NCBI RefSeq assembly: GCF_003018255.1
Contig: NZ_CP027440.1
Length of the DNA stretch: 64,000 nt
Source: Escherichia coli
Lineage (GTDB): Bacteria > Pseudomonadota > Gammaproteobacteria > Enterobacterales > Enterobacteriaceae
Strand: one strand, 5' to 3'
The position numbers and the translations under genes are program-made. This document shows positions 1 through 15,482 of the stretch, one piece after another (positions within the stretch are counted from its first letter, which is position 1; each line of letters begins with the position of its first letter). The notes below the pieces were generated by a model. It did not search any database. It worked only from the letters and a program-made list of their open reading frames with translations, and was not told the origin of the DNA.

Positions 1-19
1 GTAACTTGCTACTTAAGCC

Positions 20-403
20 TTACAGGCTTTCAGTAAAGGTACGAGCAATAACGTCGCGCTGCTGTTCCGGAGTCAGAGAGTTAAAGCGAACTGCATAACC
101 GGATACACGGATGGTCAGCTGCGGATATTTTTCCGGATGCTTAACTGCATCTTCCAGAGTTTCACGACGCAGAACGTTTACGTTCAGATGTTGACCACCT
201 TCAACGCGAACTTCTGGTTTCACTTCTACTGGAACTTCACGGTACTCAATGTCACCCAGTTTGCTTACTGCAACCACTTCGTCTTCTGCAAAACCTGCTT
301 TCGCAACGATGCAACGCGCTTCGCCTTTTTCGCTGTCCAGCAGCCAGAAAGAGTTCAGCAGATCGTCGTTAGCGGCTTTAGTAATCTGGATACCTGTAAT
401 CAT
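20..403 (-). CDS. grcA: autonomous glycyl radical cofactor GrcA (YfiD)
   Basis: ORF 20..421(-) translates to full-length GrcA including C-terminal glycyl-radical motif RVSGYAV; internal start MITGIQ at 401-403 taken as the canonical start. Confidence 0.93.
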
Positions 404-707
404 GTGATGCCTCCCCGGCAAAATTATTTGATTTGTTCAGCCTGTCGCGGCCAATTGGTAAAACCATTGTTGCTTGAGTGTATATATACTCCTCAAACAC
501 CCTTGAATCTTTGATTTAAATCAATAAAAACCACACATCAAGTATGGTTGCAAATGGATTTTATTGTTTTACATCAACTTATGCAGGTGTGAAATTTTAC
601 CAATTTACATTTTTTTGCACTCGTTTAAGTCTAAAAAATGAGCATGATTTTGTTCTGTAGAAAGAAGCAGTTAAGCTAGGCGGATTGAAGATTCGCGGGA
701 GAGCGAG

Positions 708-1397
708 ATGGCAAACGAATTAACCTGGCATGATGTGCTGGCTGAAGAGAAGCAGCAACCCTATTTTCTTAATACCCTACAGACCGTCGCCAGCGAGCGG
801 CAGTCCGGCGTCACTATCTATCCGCCACAAAAAGATGTCTTTAACGCGTTCCGCTTTACAGAGTTGGGTGACGTTAAAGTGGTGATTCTCGGCCAGGATC
901 CTTATCACGGACCGGGACAGGCGCATGGTCTGGCATTTTCCGTTCGCCCCGGCATTGCGACACCGCCGTCACTGCTGAATATGTATAAAGAGCTGGAAAA
1001 TACTATTCCCGGTTTCACCCGCCCTAATCATGGTTATCTTGAAAGCTGGGCGCGTCAGGGCGTTCTGCTACTCAATACTGTGTTGACGGTTCGCGCAGGT
1101 CAGGCACATTCCCACGCCAGCCTCGGCTGGGAGACCTTCACCGATAAAGTAATCAGCCTGATTAACCAGCACCGCGAAGGCGTGGTGTTTTTGTTGTGGG
1201 GCTCACATGCGCAAAAGAAAGGGGCGATTATTGATAAGCAACGCCATCACATACTGAAAGCGCCGCATCCATCACCGCTTTCTGCGCATCGTGGGTTCTT
1301 TGGCTGCAACCATTTTGTGCTGGCAAATCAGTGGCTGGAACAACGTGGCGAGAAACCGATTGACTGGATGCCAGTATTACCGGCAGAAAGTGAGTAA
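708..1397 (+). CDS. ung: uracil-DNA glycosylase
   Basis: 229-aa ORF with UDG motifs GQDPYH and HPSPLS. Confidence 0.96.
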   Translation: MANELTWHDVLAEEKQQPYFLNTLQTVASERQSGVTIYPPQKDVFNAFRFTELGDVKVVILGQDPYHGPGQAHGLAFSVRPGIATPPSLLNMYKELENTIPGFTRPNHGYLESWARQGVLLLNTVLTVRAGQAHSHASLGWETFTDKVISLINQHREGVVFLLWGSHAQKKGAIIDKQRHHILKAPHPSPLSAHRGFFGCNHFVLANQWLEQRGEKPIDWMPVLPAESE

Positions 1398-1444
1398 ATT
1401 TGCAGGAAAACGCCGGATGGCAGCGTTGCCACCCGGCTGATTTA

Positions 1445-2482
1445 TCAGGCTTTATTCTGACGCCACCATTCACCAAGCAAAACGCCGGTTGCAACAGAGA
1501 TATTTAGCCCGGCAACGTTGCCAGTACCATCAATCTTCACGCGCAAATCGTTCGGATCGCGTGCGGCATCCGGTAACCCTTCATATTCCTGACCCAGCAC
1601 CAGTACCATTTTCGCTGGCAGACTGGTTTTGAACAGCGGTTTCCCCTGCTCGCTGGAAGTGGTCACTACGGTGTAACCTGCCTGACGGAAATCATCCAGC
1701 ACGTTAACAATGTTGTCGCCAGTAATCGGCTGAACGTGCTCTGCGCCGCCTTCTGCGGTACGGATAGCCGCCCCCGACTCCAGCAGTGCCGCATCCTGCA
1801 CCACAACGCCTTTCACGCCGAAGTGCGCGCAGCTGCGCATCATGCCACCCAGGTTATGCGGGTTAGATTCGTTTTCCAGCGCCAGTACACAATCCTGCGC
1901 GCCTGCCTGGCTTACCCACTGCAGCACGGTTGTACCGTTACGCTTTTTGATCAGGAAGCAAACGCCGCCGTGATGTTCCGTGCCTGACGCTTTTGTCAGT
2001 TCCGCTTCATCTACCACATGGTACGCTTTGCGGTTTGCTGCCATCCAGCGCAAGGCTTCTTTAAAACGCGGCGTTACACTCTGGATAAACCAGGCGCGAA
2101 CAATCGCTTCCGGACGGCTCTGGAACAGTGCCTGACAGGCATTTTCGCCGTAGACGCGGGTTTCTTCCGCACGCTGACGACGCAACACTTCCGGATCAAT
2201 AAAACTTTTACCACTGATGCCACCGTGATCGGCCTTTTCCGGCGTCTCATCACCCGGCGCGCGGGAAACTGTGCGCCACGGCGACTCTTCCCACTTGCGG
2301 TCACGGGGCTGACTCTGTTTGTCATCGCGGGCGGGGCGACGGCCACCGTCAGCACGAGATTTTCCTGGACGCCCGCCCCCTTTCCCGGTACGCGGGTTGT
2401 GGGTACGTTTATCAGAATCATCATCACTGCGGACATACATCACTTTGACCTTGCCGCTTTTACCTTTCATTTCATCGTTCAT
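1445..2482 (-). CDS. yfiF: SpoU/TrmH-family RNA 2'-O-methyltransferase YfiF
   Basis: ORF 1445..2557(-); start taken at [11 protein letters not shown] (345 aa); Lys/Arg/Gly-rich N-terminal region then SpoU methylase domain. Confidence 0.88.
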   Translation of the reverse strand: MNDEMKGKSGKVKVMYVRSDDDSDKRTHNPRTGKGGGRPGKSRADGGRRPARDDKQSQPRDRKWEESPWRTVSRAPGDETPEKADHGGISGKSFIDPEVLRRQRAEETRVYGENACQALFQSRPEAIVRAWFIQSVTPRFKEALRWMAANRKAYHVVDEAELTKASGTEHHGGVCFLIKKRNGTTVLQWVSQAGAQDCVLALENESNPHNLGGMMRSCAHFGVKGVVVQDAALLESGAAIRTAEGGAEHVQPITGDNIVNVLDDFRQAGYTVVTTSSEQGKPLFKTSLPAKMVLVLGQEYEGLPDAARDPNDLRVKIDGTGNVAGLNISVATGVLLGEWWRQNKA

Positions 2483-2688
2483 GCTTTTCTCCACCAGCGC
2501 TGCGCGAAGCGCGCAGATTACCCGAAGTCCGCGCGGTTCGCCATGATTTCGTACCAAAGCCTGCGACTATCATACCTATTGAATAAAACAGATTGTTGTC
2601 TGGAACAATGTCCCCGATAATATGTAACATATTAGAAACATACCGGCGTCGTTGCCGATAAGTCTCCTTACTCATCCCGAGGTTAGTT

Positions 2689-3108
2689 ATGAATACCGTT
2701 TGTACCCATTGTCAGGCCATCAATCGCATTCCCGACGATCGGATCGAAGATGCGGCAAAATGCGGACGCTGCGGTCACGACTTGTTTGACGGAGAGGTGA
2801 TTAATGCGACCGGTGAAACGCTCGACAAATTGCTGAAAGATGATCTACCTGTGGTGATCGACTTCTGGGCACCGTGGTGCGGCCCCTGCCGTAATTTCGC
2901 ACCAATTTTTGAAGATGTCGCGCAAGAGCGTAGCGGTAAAGTGCGCTTTGTGAAAGTGAATACCGAAGCTGAACGTGAATTGAGCAGTCGCTTTGGAATT
3001 CGTAGTATACCGACGATCATGATTTTCAAAAACGGTCAGGTTGTCGACATGCTTAATGGCGCAGTACCGAAAGCGCCGTTTGATAGCTGGCTGAACGAAT
3101 CTCTTTAA
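2689..3108 (+). CDS. trxC: thioredoxin 2
   Basis: 139-aa ORF; N-terminal Zn-finger CxxC..CxxC plus thioredoxin active site WCGPC. Confidence 0.96.
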
Positions 3109-3176
3109 TCTTACCGGGGCGCATCTTGTGCCCCGTTTTCTCCTCTGCGACAATGGCGTTTTTTCGACGCTCTCTT

Positions 3177-3875
3177 ATGACCGAAAACGCTGTTCTCCAG
3201 TTACGCGCCGAGCGTATTGCGCGCGCAACACGTCCTTTTCTTGCCCGCGGTAATCGCGTTCGTCGCTGCCAACGCTGTCTTTTGCCAGAGACATTATGTC
3301 TCTGTTCGACAATTACCCCAGCACAAGCAAAAAGTCGCTTCTGTTTGCTGATGTTCGACACCGAGCCAATGAAGCCCAGTAATACCGGGCGTCTGATTGC
3401 TGATATTTTGCCTGATACCGTTGCGTTTCAATGGTCGCGTACCGAACCCTCGCTAGATTTGCTGGATCTGGTACAAAACCCGGACTATCAGCCAATGGTG
3501 GTCTTTCCCGCCTCGTATGCTGATGAGCAACGGGAAGTGATCTTCACACCACCTGCCGGTAAGCCTCCGCTATTTATCATGCTCGATGGTACCTGGCCTG
3601 AAGCTCGCAAGATGTTTCGTAAAAGTCCGTATCTGGATAATCTTCCCGTCATTTCCGTCGATCTTTCCCGGCTTTCTGCCTATCGCCTGCGTGAAGCCCA
3701 GGCTGAAGGCCAATATTGTACTGCCGAGGTAGCCATCGCACTGTTAGATATGGCCGGCGATACCGAAGCCGCAACGGGCTTAGGCGAGCATTTCACTCGT
3801 TTTAAAACGCGCTATCTGGCAGGAAAAACGCAACATCTGGGTAGCATCACAGCAGAACAGTTAGAAAGCGTTTAA
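3177..3875 (+). CDS. yfiP: DTW-domain tRNA aminocarboxypropyltransferase YfiP
   Basis: ORF 3126..3875; start taken at MTENAVLQL (232 aa); DTW motif (MLDGTWPEA). Confidence 0.88.
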   Translation: MTENAVLQLRAERIARATRPFLARGNRVRRCQRCLLPETLCLCSTITPAQAKSRFCLLMFDTEPMKPSNTGRLIADILPDTVAFQWSRTEPSLDLLDLVQNPDYQPMVVFPASYADEQREVIFTPPAGKPPLFIMLDGTWPEARKMFRKSPYLDNLPVISVDLSRLSAYRLREAQAEGQYCTAEVAIALLDMAGDTEAATGLGEHFTRFKTRYLAGKTQHLGSITAEQLESV

Positions 3876-3906
3876 AATCATTCGGTCACTTCTGCGGGAG
3901 ACCGGT

Positions 3907-6567
3907 ATGAGTCAGCGAGGACTGGAAGCACTACTGCGACCAAAATCGATTGCGGTAATTGGCGCATCGATGAAATCCAATCGAGCAGGTTACCTGATGA
4001 TGCGTAACCTGCTGGCGGGAGGCTTTAACGGACCGGTACTCCCGGTGACGCCAGCCTGGAAAGCGGTGTTGGGTGTGTTGGCCTGGCCGGATATTGCCAG
4101 CTTGCCCTTTACACCCGACCTTGCGGTTTTATGTACCAATGCCAGCCGTAATCTTGCTCTTCTGGAAGAGCTCGGCGAGAAAGGCTGTAAAACCTGCATT
4201 ATTCTTTCCGCCCCGGCATCGCAACATGAAGATCTCCGCGCCTGCGCCCTGCGCCATAACATGCGCCTGCTAGGACCAAACAGTCTGGGGTTACTGGCTC
4301 CCTGGCAAGGTCTGAATGCCAGCTTTTCGCCTGTGCCGATTAAACGCGGCAAGCTGGCGTTTATTTCGCAATCGGCTGCCGTCTCCAATACCATCCTCGA
4401 CTGGGCGCAACAGCGTGAGATGGGCTTTTCCTACTTTATTGCGCTCGGCGACAGCCTGGATATCGACGTTGATGAATTGCTCGACTATCTGGCCCGCGAC
4501 AGTAAAACCAGCGCCATCCTGCTCTATCTCGAACAGTTAAGCGACGCACGACGCTTTGTTTCGGCGGCCCGTAGTGCCTCTCGCAACAAACCGATTCTGG
4601 TGATTAAAAGCGGACGTAGCCCGGCGGCTCAACGTCTGTTGAACACCACGGCAGGAATGGATCCGGCGTGGGATGCGGCTATTCAGCGTGCCGGTTTGTT
4701 GCGGGTACAGGATACTCACGAGCTGTTTTCGGCGGTGGAAACCCTCAGCCATATGCGCCCGCTGCGTGGCGACCGGCTGATGATTATCAGCAACGGTGCT
4801 GCGCCTGCCGCGCTGGCGCTGGATGCCTTATGGTCACGCAATGGCAAGCTGGCAACGCTAAGCGAAGAAACCTGCCAGAAACTGCGCGATGCACTGCCAG
4901 AACATGTGGCAATCTCTAACCCGCTCGATCTACGCGATGACGCCAGCAGTGAGCACTATATTAAAACGCTGGATATTCTGCTCCACAGCCAGGATTTTGA
5001 CGCGCTGATGGTTATTCATTCGCCCAGCGCCGCTGCTCCCGCAACAGAAAGTGCGCAAGCATTAATTGAAGCGGTAAAGCATCATCCCCGCAGCAAGTAT
5101 GTTTCTCTGCTGACGAACTGGTGCGGCGAGCACTCCTCGCAAGAGGCACGACGATTATTCAGTGAAGCCGGGCTGCCGACCTATCGCACGCCGGAAGGAA
5201 CCATCACTGCTTTTATGCATATGGTGGAGTACCGACGTAATCAGAAGCAACTACGCGAAACGCCGGCGTTGCCCAGCAATCTGACCTCTAATACCGCAGA
5301 AGCGCATCTTCTGTTGCAACAGGCGATTGCCGAAGGGGCTACGTCGCTCGATACCCATGAAGTTCAGCCCATCCTGCAAGCGTATGGCATGAACACGCTC
5401 CCCACCTGGATTGCCAGCGATAGCACCGAAGCGGTGCATATTGCCGAACAGATTAGTTATCCGGTGGCGCTGAAATTGCGTTCGCCGGATATTCCACATA
5501 AATCGGAAGTTCAGGGCGTAATGCTCTACCTGCGTACAGCTAATGAAGTCCAGCAAGCGGCAAACGCTATTTTCGATCGCGTAAAAATGGCCTGGCCGCA
5601 GGCGCGGATCCACGGCCTGTTGGTGCAAAGTATGGCTAACCGTGCTGGCGCTCAGGAGTTGCGGGTTGTGGTTGAGCACGATCCGGTTTTCGGGCCGTTG
5701 ATCATGCTGGGCGAAGGCGGTGTGGAGTGGCGTCCTGAAGATCAAGCCGTCGTCGCACTACCGCCGCTGAACATGAACCTGGCCCGCTATCTGGTTATTC
5801 AGGGGATCAAAAGTAAAAAGATTCGTGCGCGCAGTGCGCTACGCCCATTAGATGTTGCAGGCTTGAGCCAGCTTCTGGTGCAGGTTTCTAACTTGATTGT
5901 CGATTGCCCGGAAATTCAGCGTCTGGATATTCATCCTTTGCTGGCTTCTGGCAGTGAATTTACCGCGCTGGATGTCACGCTGGATATCGCGCCGTTTGAA
6001 GGCGATAACGAGAGTCGGCTGGCAGTGCGCCCTTATCCGCATCAGCTGGAAGAATGGGTAGAATTGAAAAACGGTGAACGCTGCTTGTTCCGCCCGATTT
6101 TGCCAGAAGATGAGCCACAGCTTCAGCAATTCATTTCGCGAGTCACCAAAGAAGATCTTTATTACCGCTACTTTAGCGAGATCAACGAATTTACCCATGA
6201 AGATTTAGCCAACATGACGCAGATCGACTACGATCGGGAAATGGCTTTTGTGGCGGTACGACGTATTGATCAAACAGAAGAGATCCTCGGCGTCACGCGT
6301 GCGATCTCCGACCCTGATAACATCGATGCCGAATTTGCCGTGCTGGTTCGCTCGGATCTCAAAGGGTTAGGCTTAGGTCGACGCTTAATGGAAAAGTTGA
6401 TTACCTATACGCGAGATCACGGACTACAACGTCTGAATGGTATTACGATGCCAAACAATCGTGGCATGGTGGCGCTGGCCCGCAAGCTCGGGTTTAACGT
6501 TGATATCCAGCTCGAAGAGGGGATCGTTGGGCTTACGCTAAATCTTGCCCAGCGCGAGGAATCATGA
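3907..6567 (+). CDS. patZ: protein lysine acetyltransferase PatZ/Pka (YfiQ)
   Basis: 886-aa ORF; acyl-CoA synthetase (NDP-forming)-like N-terminal region and C-terminal GNAT domain. Confidence 0.94.
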   Translation: MSQRGLEALLRPKSIAVIGASMKSNRAGYLMMRNLLAGGFNGPVLPVTPAWKAVLGVLAWPDIASLPFTPDLAVLCTNASRNLALLEELGEKGCKTCIILSAPASQHEDLRACALRHNMRLLGPNSLGLLAPWQGLNASFSPVPIKRGKLAFISQSAAVSNTILDWAQQREMGFSYFIALGDSLDIDVDELLDYLARDSKTSAILLYLEQLSDARRFVSAARSASRNKPILVIKSGRSPAAQRLLNTTAGMDPAWDAAIQRAGLLRVQDTHELFSAVETLSHMRPLRGDRLMIISNGAAPAALALDALWSRNGKLATLSEETCQKLRDALPEHVAISNPLDLRDDASSEHYIKTLDILLHSQDFDALMVIHSPSAAAPATESAQALIEAVKHHPRSKYVSLLTNWCGEHSSQEARRLFSEAGLPTYRTPEGTITAFMHMVEYRRNQKQLRETPALPSNLTSNTAEAHLLLQQAIAEGATSLDTHEVQPILQAYGMNTLPTWIASDSTEAVHIAEQISYPVALKLRSPDIPHKSEVQGVMLYLRTANEVQQAANAIFDRVKMAWPQARIHGLLVQSMANRAGAQELRVVVEHDPVFGPLIMLGEGGVEWRPEDQAVVALPPLNMNLARYLVIQGIKSKKIRARSALRPLDVAGLSQLLVQVSNLIVDCPEIQRLDIHPLLASGSEFTALDVTLDIAPFEGDNESRLAVRPYPHQLEEWVELKNGERCLFRPILPEDEPQLQQFISRVTKEDLYYRYFSEINEFTHEDLANMTQIDYDREMAFVAVRRIDQTEEILGVTRAISDPDNIDAEFAVLVRSDLKGLGLGRRLMEKLITYTRDHGLQRLNGITMPNNRGMVALARKLGFNVDIQLEEGIVGLTLNLAQREES

Positions 6568-6680
6568 GTAAGGTACTGGAAATGTTGACCACTTAATCGG
6601 GACTGGTGTTATTATTGCCCGCTTATGTCGTCTGCATTGCACAGAGGACCCTTCAATGAACAGAGAAGAAATGCACTGTG

Positions 6681-8036
6681 ATGTTGTCAAAATTTAAGCG
6701 TAATAAACATCAACAACACCTTGCCCAACTACCCAAGATTTCTCAATCAGTTGATGATGTCGATTTCTTTTACGCTCCCGCCGACTTCCGGGAGACGTTG
6801 CTGGAAAAAATAGCCAGCGCGAAGCAGCGCATTTGCATTGTTGCCCTGTATCTCGAACAGGATGACGGTGGCAAAGGCATTCTGAACGCGTTGTATGAGG
6901 CTAAAAGGCAGCGTCCGGAACTGGATGTGCGGGTGCTGGTCGACTGGCATCGTGCACAACGTGGACGCATTGGCGCTGCGGCATCTAACACTAACGCTGA
7001 CTGGTACTGCCGCATGGCGCAGGAAAATCCGGGCGTAGATGTTCCGGTTTATGGCGTTCCAATCAATACCCGTGAAGCCCTTGGTGTTCTGCACTTTAAA
7101 GGCTTTATCATTGACGATAGCGTACTTTATAGCGGTGCCAGCCTGAACGATGTTTACCTGCATCAGCACGATAAATATCGCTACGACCGTTATCATCTGA
7201 TCCGTAACCGTAAGATGTCAGACATTATGTTTGAATGGGTTACACAGAATATTATGAATGGCCGCGGCGTTAATCGTCTGGATGATGTTAATCGGCCAAA
7301 AAGCCCGGAAATCAAGAACGACATTCGCCTGTTCCGCCAGGAGCTGCGTGATGCCGCTTATCATTTCCAGGGCGATGCCGACAACGATCAGCTTTCCGTA
7401 ACGCCGCTAGTGGGGCTGGGGAAATCGAGTCTGTTGAACAAGACCATTTTCCATCTTATGCCTTGTGCCGAGCAGAAACTAACCATCTGTACGCCATACT
7501 TCAACCTGCCAGCAATCCTTGTGCGCAATATTATCCAGTTGCTGCGCGAAGGGAAAAAGGTCGAAATTATTGTTGGTGATAAAACCGCGAACGACTTCTA
7601 CATTCCGGAAGATGAACCTTTCAAGATAATTGGCGCATTGCCTTATCTCTATGAGATCAATCTGCGTCGTTTCCTGAGCCGTTTGCAGTATTACGTCAAT
7701 ACTGACCAGCTAGTGGTTCGGTTATGGAAAGATGACGACAACACCTATCACCTAAAAGGGATGTGGGTTGATGATAAGTGGATGTTGATCACCGGTAATA
7801 ACCTGAACCCGCGCGCCTGGCGTCTGGATCTGGAAAACGCCATTTTGATCCACGATCCGCAACTGGAGCTTGCGCCACAGCGAGAGAAAGAACTGGAGCT
7901 GATCCGCGAGCATACCACCATCGTTAAGCACTATCGCGATCTGCAAAGTATTGCCGATTATCCGGTGAAGGTTCGTAAACTCATCCGTCGTTTGCGCCGT
8001 ATCCGCATCGACCGATTAATTAGCCGCATCCTGTAA
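6681..8036 (+). CDS. pssA: CDP-diacylglycerol--serine O-phosphatidyltransferase (phosphatidylserine synthase)
   Basis: 451-aa ORF from ATG 6681 (ORF track begins at the GTG 3 nt upstream); PLD-type HxK motifs. Confidence 0.95.
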   Translation: MLSKFKRNKHQQHLAQLPKISQSVDDVDFFYAPADFRETLLEKIASAKQRICIVALYLEQDDGGKGILNALYEAKRQRPELDVRVLVDWHRAQRGRIGAAASNTNADWYCRMAQENPGVDVPVYGVPINTREALGVLHFKGFIIDDSVLYSGASLNDVYLHQHDKYRYDRYHLIRNRKMSDIMFEWVTQNIMNGRGVNRLDDVNRPKSPEIKNDIRLFRQELRDAAYHFQGDADNDQLSVTPLVGLGKSSLLNKTIFHLMPCAEQKLTICTPYFNLPAILVRNIIQLLREGKKVEIIVGDKTANDFYIPEDEPFKIIGALPYLYEINLRRFLSRLQYYVNTDQLVVRLWKDDDNTYHLKGMWVDDKWMLITGNNLNPRAWRLDLENAILIHDPQLELAPQREKELELIREHTTIVKHYRDLQSIADYPVKVRKLIRRLRRIRIDRLISRIL

Positions 8037-8041
8037 TCACA

Positions 8042-8066
8042 ACCCCGTCCTGTACGGGGTTTGTTT
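8042..8066 (+). terminator. rho-independent terminator downstream of pssA
   Basis: hairpin ccccgt-N-acgggg followed by tttgtttt. Confidence 0.6.
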
Positions 8067-8079
8067 TGGAGGCCACGTT

Positions 8080-8403
8080 TTGCGTATTCTTTTTGTCTGT
8101 TCGCTATTGTTACTTTCTGGATGCAGCCATATGGCTAACGATAGCTGGAGCGGGCAGGATAAAGCTCAACACTTTATCGCCTCGGCGATGCTTTCCGCCG
8201 CCGGAAATGAATATGCACAGCATCAGGGGATGAGCCGGGATCGCAGTGCCATGTTTGGATTGATGTTCTCTGTCAGTCTGGGGGCGTCAAAAGAGCTTTG
8301 GGATAGCCGCCCTGAGGGGAGCGGCTGGAGCTGGAAGGATTTTGCCTGGGATATCGCCGGTGCAAGCACCGGCTATACCGTCTGGCAACTGACCCGTCAC
8401 TAA
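8080..8403 (+). CDS. yfiM: lipoprotein YfiM
   Basis: 107-aa ORF with lipobox LLSGC signal. Confidence 0.9.
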   Translation: MRILFVCSLLLLSGCSHMANDSWSGQDKAQHFIASAMLSAAGNEYAQHQGMSRDRSAMFGLMFSVSLGASKELWDSRPEGSGWSWKDFAWDIAGASTGYTVWQLTRH

Positions 8404-9698
8404 AGCCGCATCCCTTTTCCTTTACGGTGCAATGTTAGTGAAACCAGAAATGCCACCACGGCCATCAAGGTCACATACCAGAAGAAGGCTGTTTCCATTC
8501 CTATTGATTTCAGCGACAACGCTACGTACTCCGCCGACCCACCAAATATAGCATTGGCGACCGCATATGACAGACCAACGCCTAATGCGCGAACCTGTGC
8601 CGGGAACATCTCAGCCTTCAGTATTCCACTGATTGAAGTATAAAAACTCACTATCAGCAGGGCGCACATCACCAGACCAAAAGCGGCATAAGGCGAGGAA
8701 ACGTTCTGCAATGCTGAGAGAATAGGAACGGTAAAAATGGCTGCCAGAGAACCGAAACATAACATTGAGGTACGACGACCAATCTTATCCGACAGCGCGC
8801 CAATAAGTGGTTGAATAAGCATGAATACAAACAATGCGGCAGTCATAATGCCACTCGCCACGTTGGCATGCATTCCCGCAGTATTTACCAGATACTTCTG
8901 CATATAAGTGGTGAAGGTATAGAAACAAAGGGAGCCCGCAGCGGTAAAACCGAGAACCATGATGAATGCACGGCGATTGCGCCATAATCCTTTCAGAGAT
9001 CCAGCTTCTTTTAAAGCGCGTGTTTCTTGTTGTGAAGTTTCATCTAACTGACGACGTAACCACAACGCCACAACAGCTAACACAGCTCCTAACGCGAAAG
9101 GAATACGCCATCCCCACTCTCTAAGTGCAGCGTCTTCCATGGTGTGTTGTAAAACCACGACAACCAGTAGAGCTAGCAGTTGCCCGCCGATCAACGTCAC
9201 ATACTGAAATGATGCGTAAAAACCTTTGCGCCCTTCAACGGCAACTTCACTCATATAGGTGGCGCTGGTGCCATATTCTCCGCCAACGGATAATCCCTGA
9301 AATAAACGAGCGAGAAGCAATAATGCCGGAGCCCACGTACCTATAGTTTCATAACCTGGGAGGCAGGCGATAACCAGCGATCCGAAACACATCATACACA
9401 CCGATAACAGCATCGATTTTTTGCGACCATGTTTATCGGCTATGCGGCCAAATAGCCAACCGCCTATTGGGCGCATCAGGAATCCCGCAGCAAAAACACC
9501 TGCTGTTTGCAGTAGTTGAGTCGTCGTGTTCCCGGAAGGGAAGAAGATGTGGGCGAAGTAGAGTGAACAGAACGAGTAGACATAGAAATCGAACCACTCG
9601 ACCAGATTACCTGAAGAGGCCCCCACAATTGCCCAAATGCGGCGACGAGTATCACTACTTGTCAGTTTGCTGTCTGCCGTTACAGTACTTTCAGCCAT
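8400..9698 (-). CDS. kgtP: alpha-ketoglutarate:H+ symporter (MFS)
   Basis: ORF 8400..9800(-); start at MAESTVTAD (432 aa); 12-TM MFS sugar-transporter signature; 3' end overlaps yfiM stop by 4 nt (convergent). Confidence 0.93.
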   Translation of the reverse strand: MAESTVTADSKLTSSDTRRRIWAIVGASSGNLVEWFDFYVYSFCSLYFAHIFFPSGNTTTQLLQTAGVFAAGFLMRPIGGWLFGRIADKHGRKKSMLLSVCMMCFGSLVIACLPGYETIGTWAPALLLLARLFQGLSVGGEYGTSATYMSEVAVEGRKGFYASFQYVTLIGGQLLALLVVVVLQHTMEDAALREWGWRIPFALGAVLAVVALWLRRQLDETSQQETRALKEAGSLKGLWRNRRAFIMVLGFTAAGSLCFYTFTTYMQKYLVNTAGMHANVASGIMTAALFVFMLIQPLIGALSDKIGRRTSMLCFGSLAAIFTVPILSALQNVSSPYAAFGLVMCALLIVSFYTSISGILKAEMFPAQVRALGVGLSYAVANAIFGGSAEYVALSLKSIGMETAFFWYVTLMAVVAFLVSLTLHRKGKGMRL

Positions 9699-9941
9699 GC
9701 CATTATGTCTCCTGCCGTAATCCGATGCTTTTGTCGGTCGCTTTTGTTTATTTCTATTGGTAAAGAAAATGTTATACATTTGTTGCATATCATTATGCAA
9801 CCTTAACCACGAATTTAGTTAGCAGGAAAATGGTTATTGAGGAGCTTAAGGATAAATTTCTGGTAAGGAGGACACGTATGGAGGTGGGCACGTTGGGGAA
9901 GCCGTATTCGCTGCTGAATCTAGCTTATGTGGGAGTATAAG

Positions 9942-9964
9942 ACGCGCCAGCGTCGCATCCGGCA
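9942..9964. repeat. REP-like palindromic unit (partial)
   Basis: gacgcgccagcgtcgcatccggca resembles the CGCATCCGGC arm of E. coli REP elements. Confidence 0.35.
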
Positions 9965-9982
9965 TTTATTCTGCTCCAGCGC

Positions 9983-10009
9983 AAAAAGGCCATCCTGACG
10001 GATAGCCTT
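9983..10009 (-). terminator. rrn operon terminator
   Basis: minus-strand hairpin aaggctatcc-gtca-ggatggcc followed by TTTTT immediately 3' of the 5S gene. Confidence 0.6.
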
Positions 10010-10021
10010 CTGCTTAATTTG

Positions 10022-10141
10022 ATGCCTGGCAGTTCCCTACTCTCGCATGGGGAGACCCCACACTACCATCGGCGCTACGGCGTTTCACTTCTGAGTTCGG
10101 CATGGGGTCAGGTGGGACCACCGCGCTAAGGCCGCCAGGCA
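10022..10141 (-). rRNA. rrfG: 5S ribosomal RNA
   Basis: 120 nt; reverse complement reads TGCCTGGCGGCC...CTGCCAGGCAT, the E. coli 5S sequence. Confidence 0.97.
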
Positions 10142-10238
10142 AATTCTGTTTTATCAACACGTCTCGTTATGACATGTCGATTTAATCTGTATCAGGCTGA
10201 AAATCTTCTCTCATCCGCCAAAACATCTTCGGCGTTGT

Positions 10239-13143
<2,905 letters not shown>

Positions 13144-13336
13144 TCACAACCCGAAGATGTTTCTTTCGATTCATCATCGTGTTGCGAAAATTTGAGAGAC
13201 TCACGAACAACTTTCGTTGTTCAGTGTTTCAATTTTCAGCTTGATCCAGATTTTTAAAGAGCAAATATCTCAAACATCACCCGAAGATGAGTTTTGAGAT
13301 ATTAAGGCAGGTGACTTTCACTCACAAACCAGCAAG

Positions 13337-13412
13337 TGGCGTCCCCTAGGGGATTCGAACCCCTGTTACCGCCGTGAAAGGGCGGTGTCCTGGGCCTCTA
13401 GACGAAGGGGAC
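13337..13412 (-). tRNA. gltW: tRNA-Glu (UUC) in 16S-23S spacer
   Basis: 76 nt; reverse complement GTCCCCTTCGTCTAGAGGCCCAGGACACCGCCCTTTCACGGCGGTAACAGGGGTTCGAATCCCCTAGGGGACGCCA. Confidence 0.96.
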
Positions 13413-13497
13413 GTATCAGTCTGCTTCGCAAGACGCCTTGCTTTTCACTTTCTATCAGACAATCTGTGTGAGCACTGCAAAGTACGCTTCTTTAAGG

Positions 13498-15039
<1,542 letters not shown>

Positions 15040-15159
15040 AAAAGTTTGATGCTCAAAGAATTAAACTTCGTAATGAATTACGTGTTCACTCTTGAGACTT
15101 GGTATTCATTTTTCGTCTTGCGACGTTAAGAATCCGTATCTTCGAGTGCCCACACAGAT

Positions 15160-15400
15160 TGTCTGATAAATTGTTAAAGAGCAGTGCCGCTTCGCTTTTT
15201 TCTCAGCGGCGCGGGGTGTGCATAATACGCTTTCCCGCTACAGAGTCAAGCATTTGTTTTTGCTTTCTCTGCCGGAATTCTCAGGAGAACCCCGCTAACC
15301 CGGCGGCGTGTTTGCCGTTGTTCCGTGTCAGTGGTGGCGCATTATAGGGAGTTATTCCGGCCTGACAAGCAAAAAATATAAAAACTTTATCGTTCGCTCA
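15160..15400 (-). promoter_or_regulatory. rrn operon tandem promoters P1 and P2 with boxA antiterminator and A/T-rich UP element
   Basis: minus strand reads TTGTCAGGCCGGAATAACTCCCTATAATGCGCCACCACTG (P1) and TTGACT...TATTATGCACACC (P2), then TGCTCTTTAACAA (boxA). Confidence 0.85.
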
Positions 15401-15450
15401 TTTTTCAGGCAAAACATCTTAAACATAGTCTTTTCCGTCTAATTTATAGA

Positions 15451-15474
15451 CAAAAACGAGCCCCGAAGGGCTCG
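15451..15474 (-). terminator. rho-independent terminator of clpB
   Basis: hairpin cgagccc-cgaa-gggctcg; on minus strand followed by UUUUU; 9 nt after clpB stop. Confidence 0.75.
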
Positions 15475-15482
15475 TTTTATCA

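Noticed and set aside
8400..8403. 4-nt 3' overlap of convergent yfiM and kgtP as an unusual feature
   Set aside because: Short convergent overlaps are common in compact bacterial genomes and carry no specific signal here.
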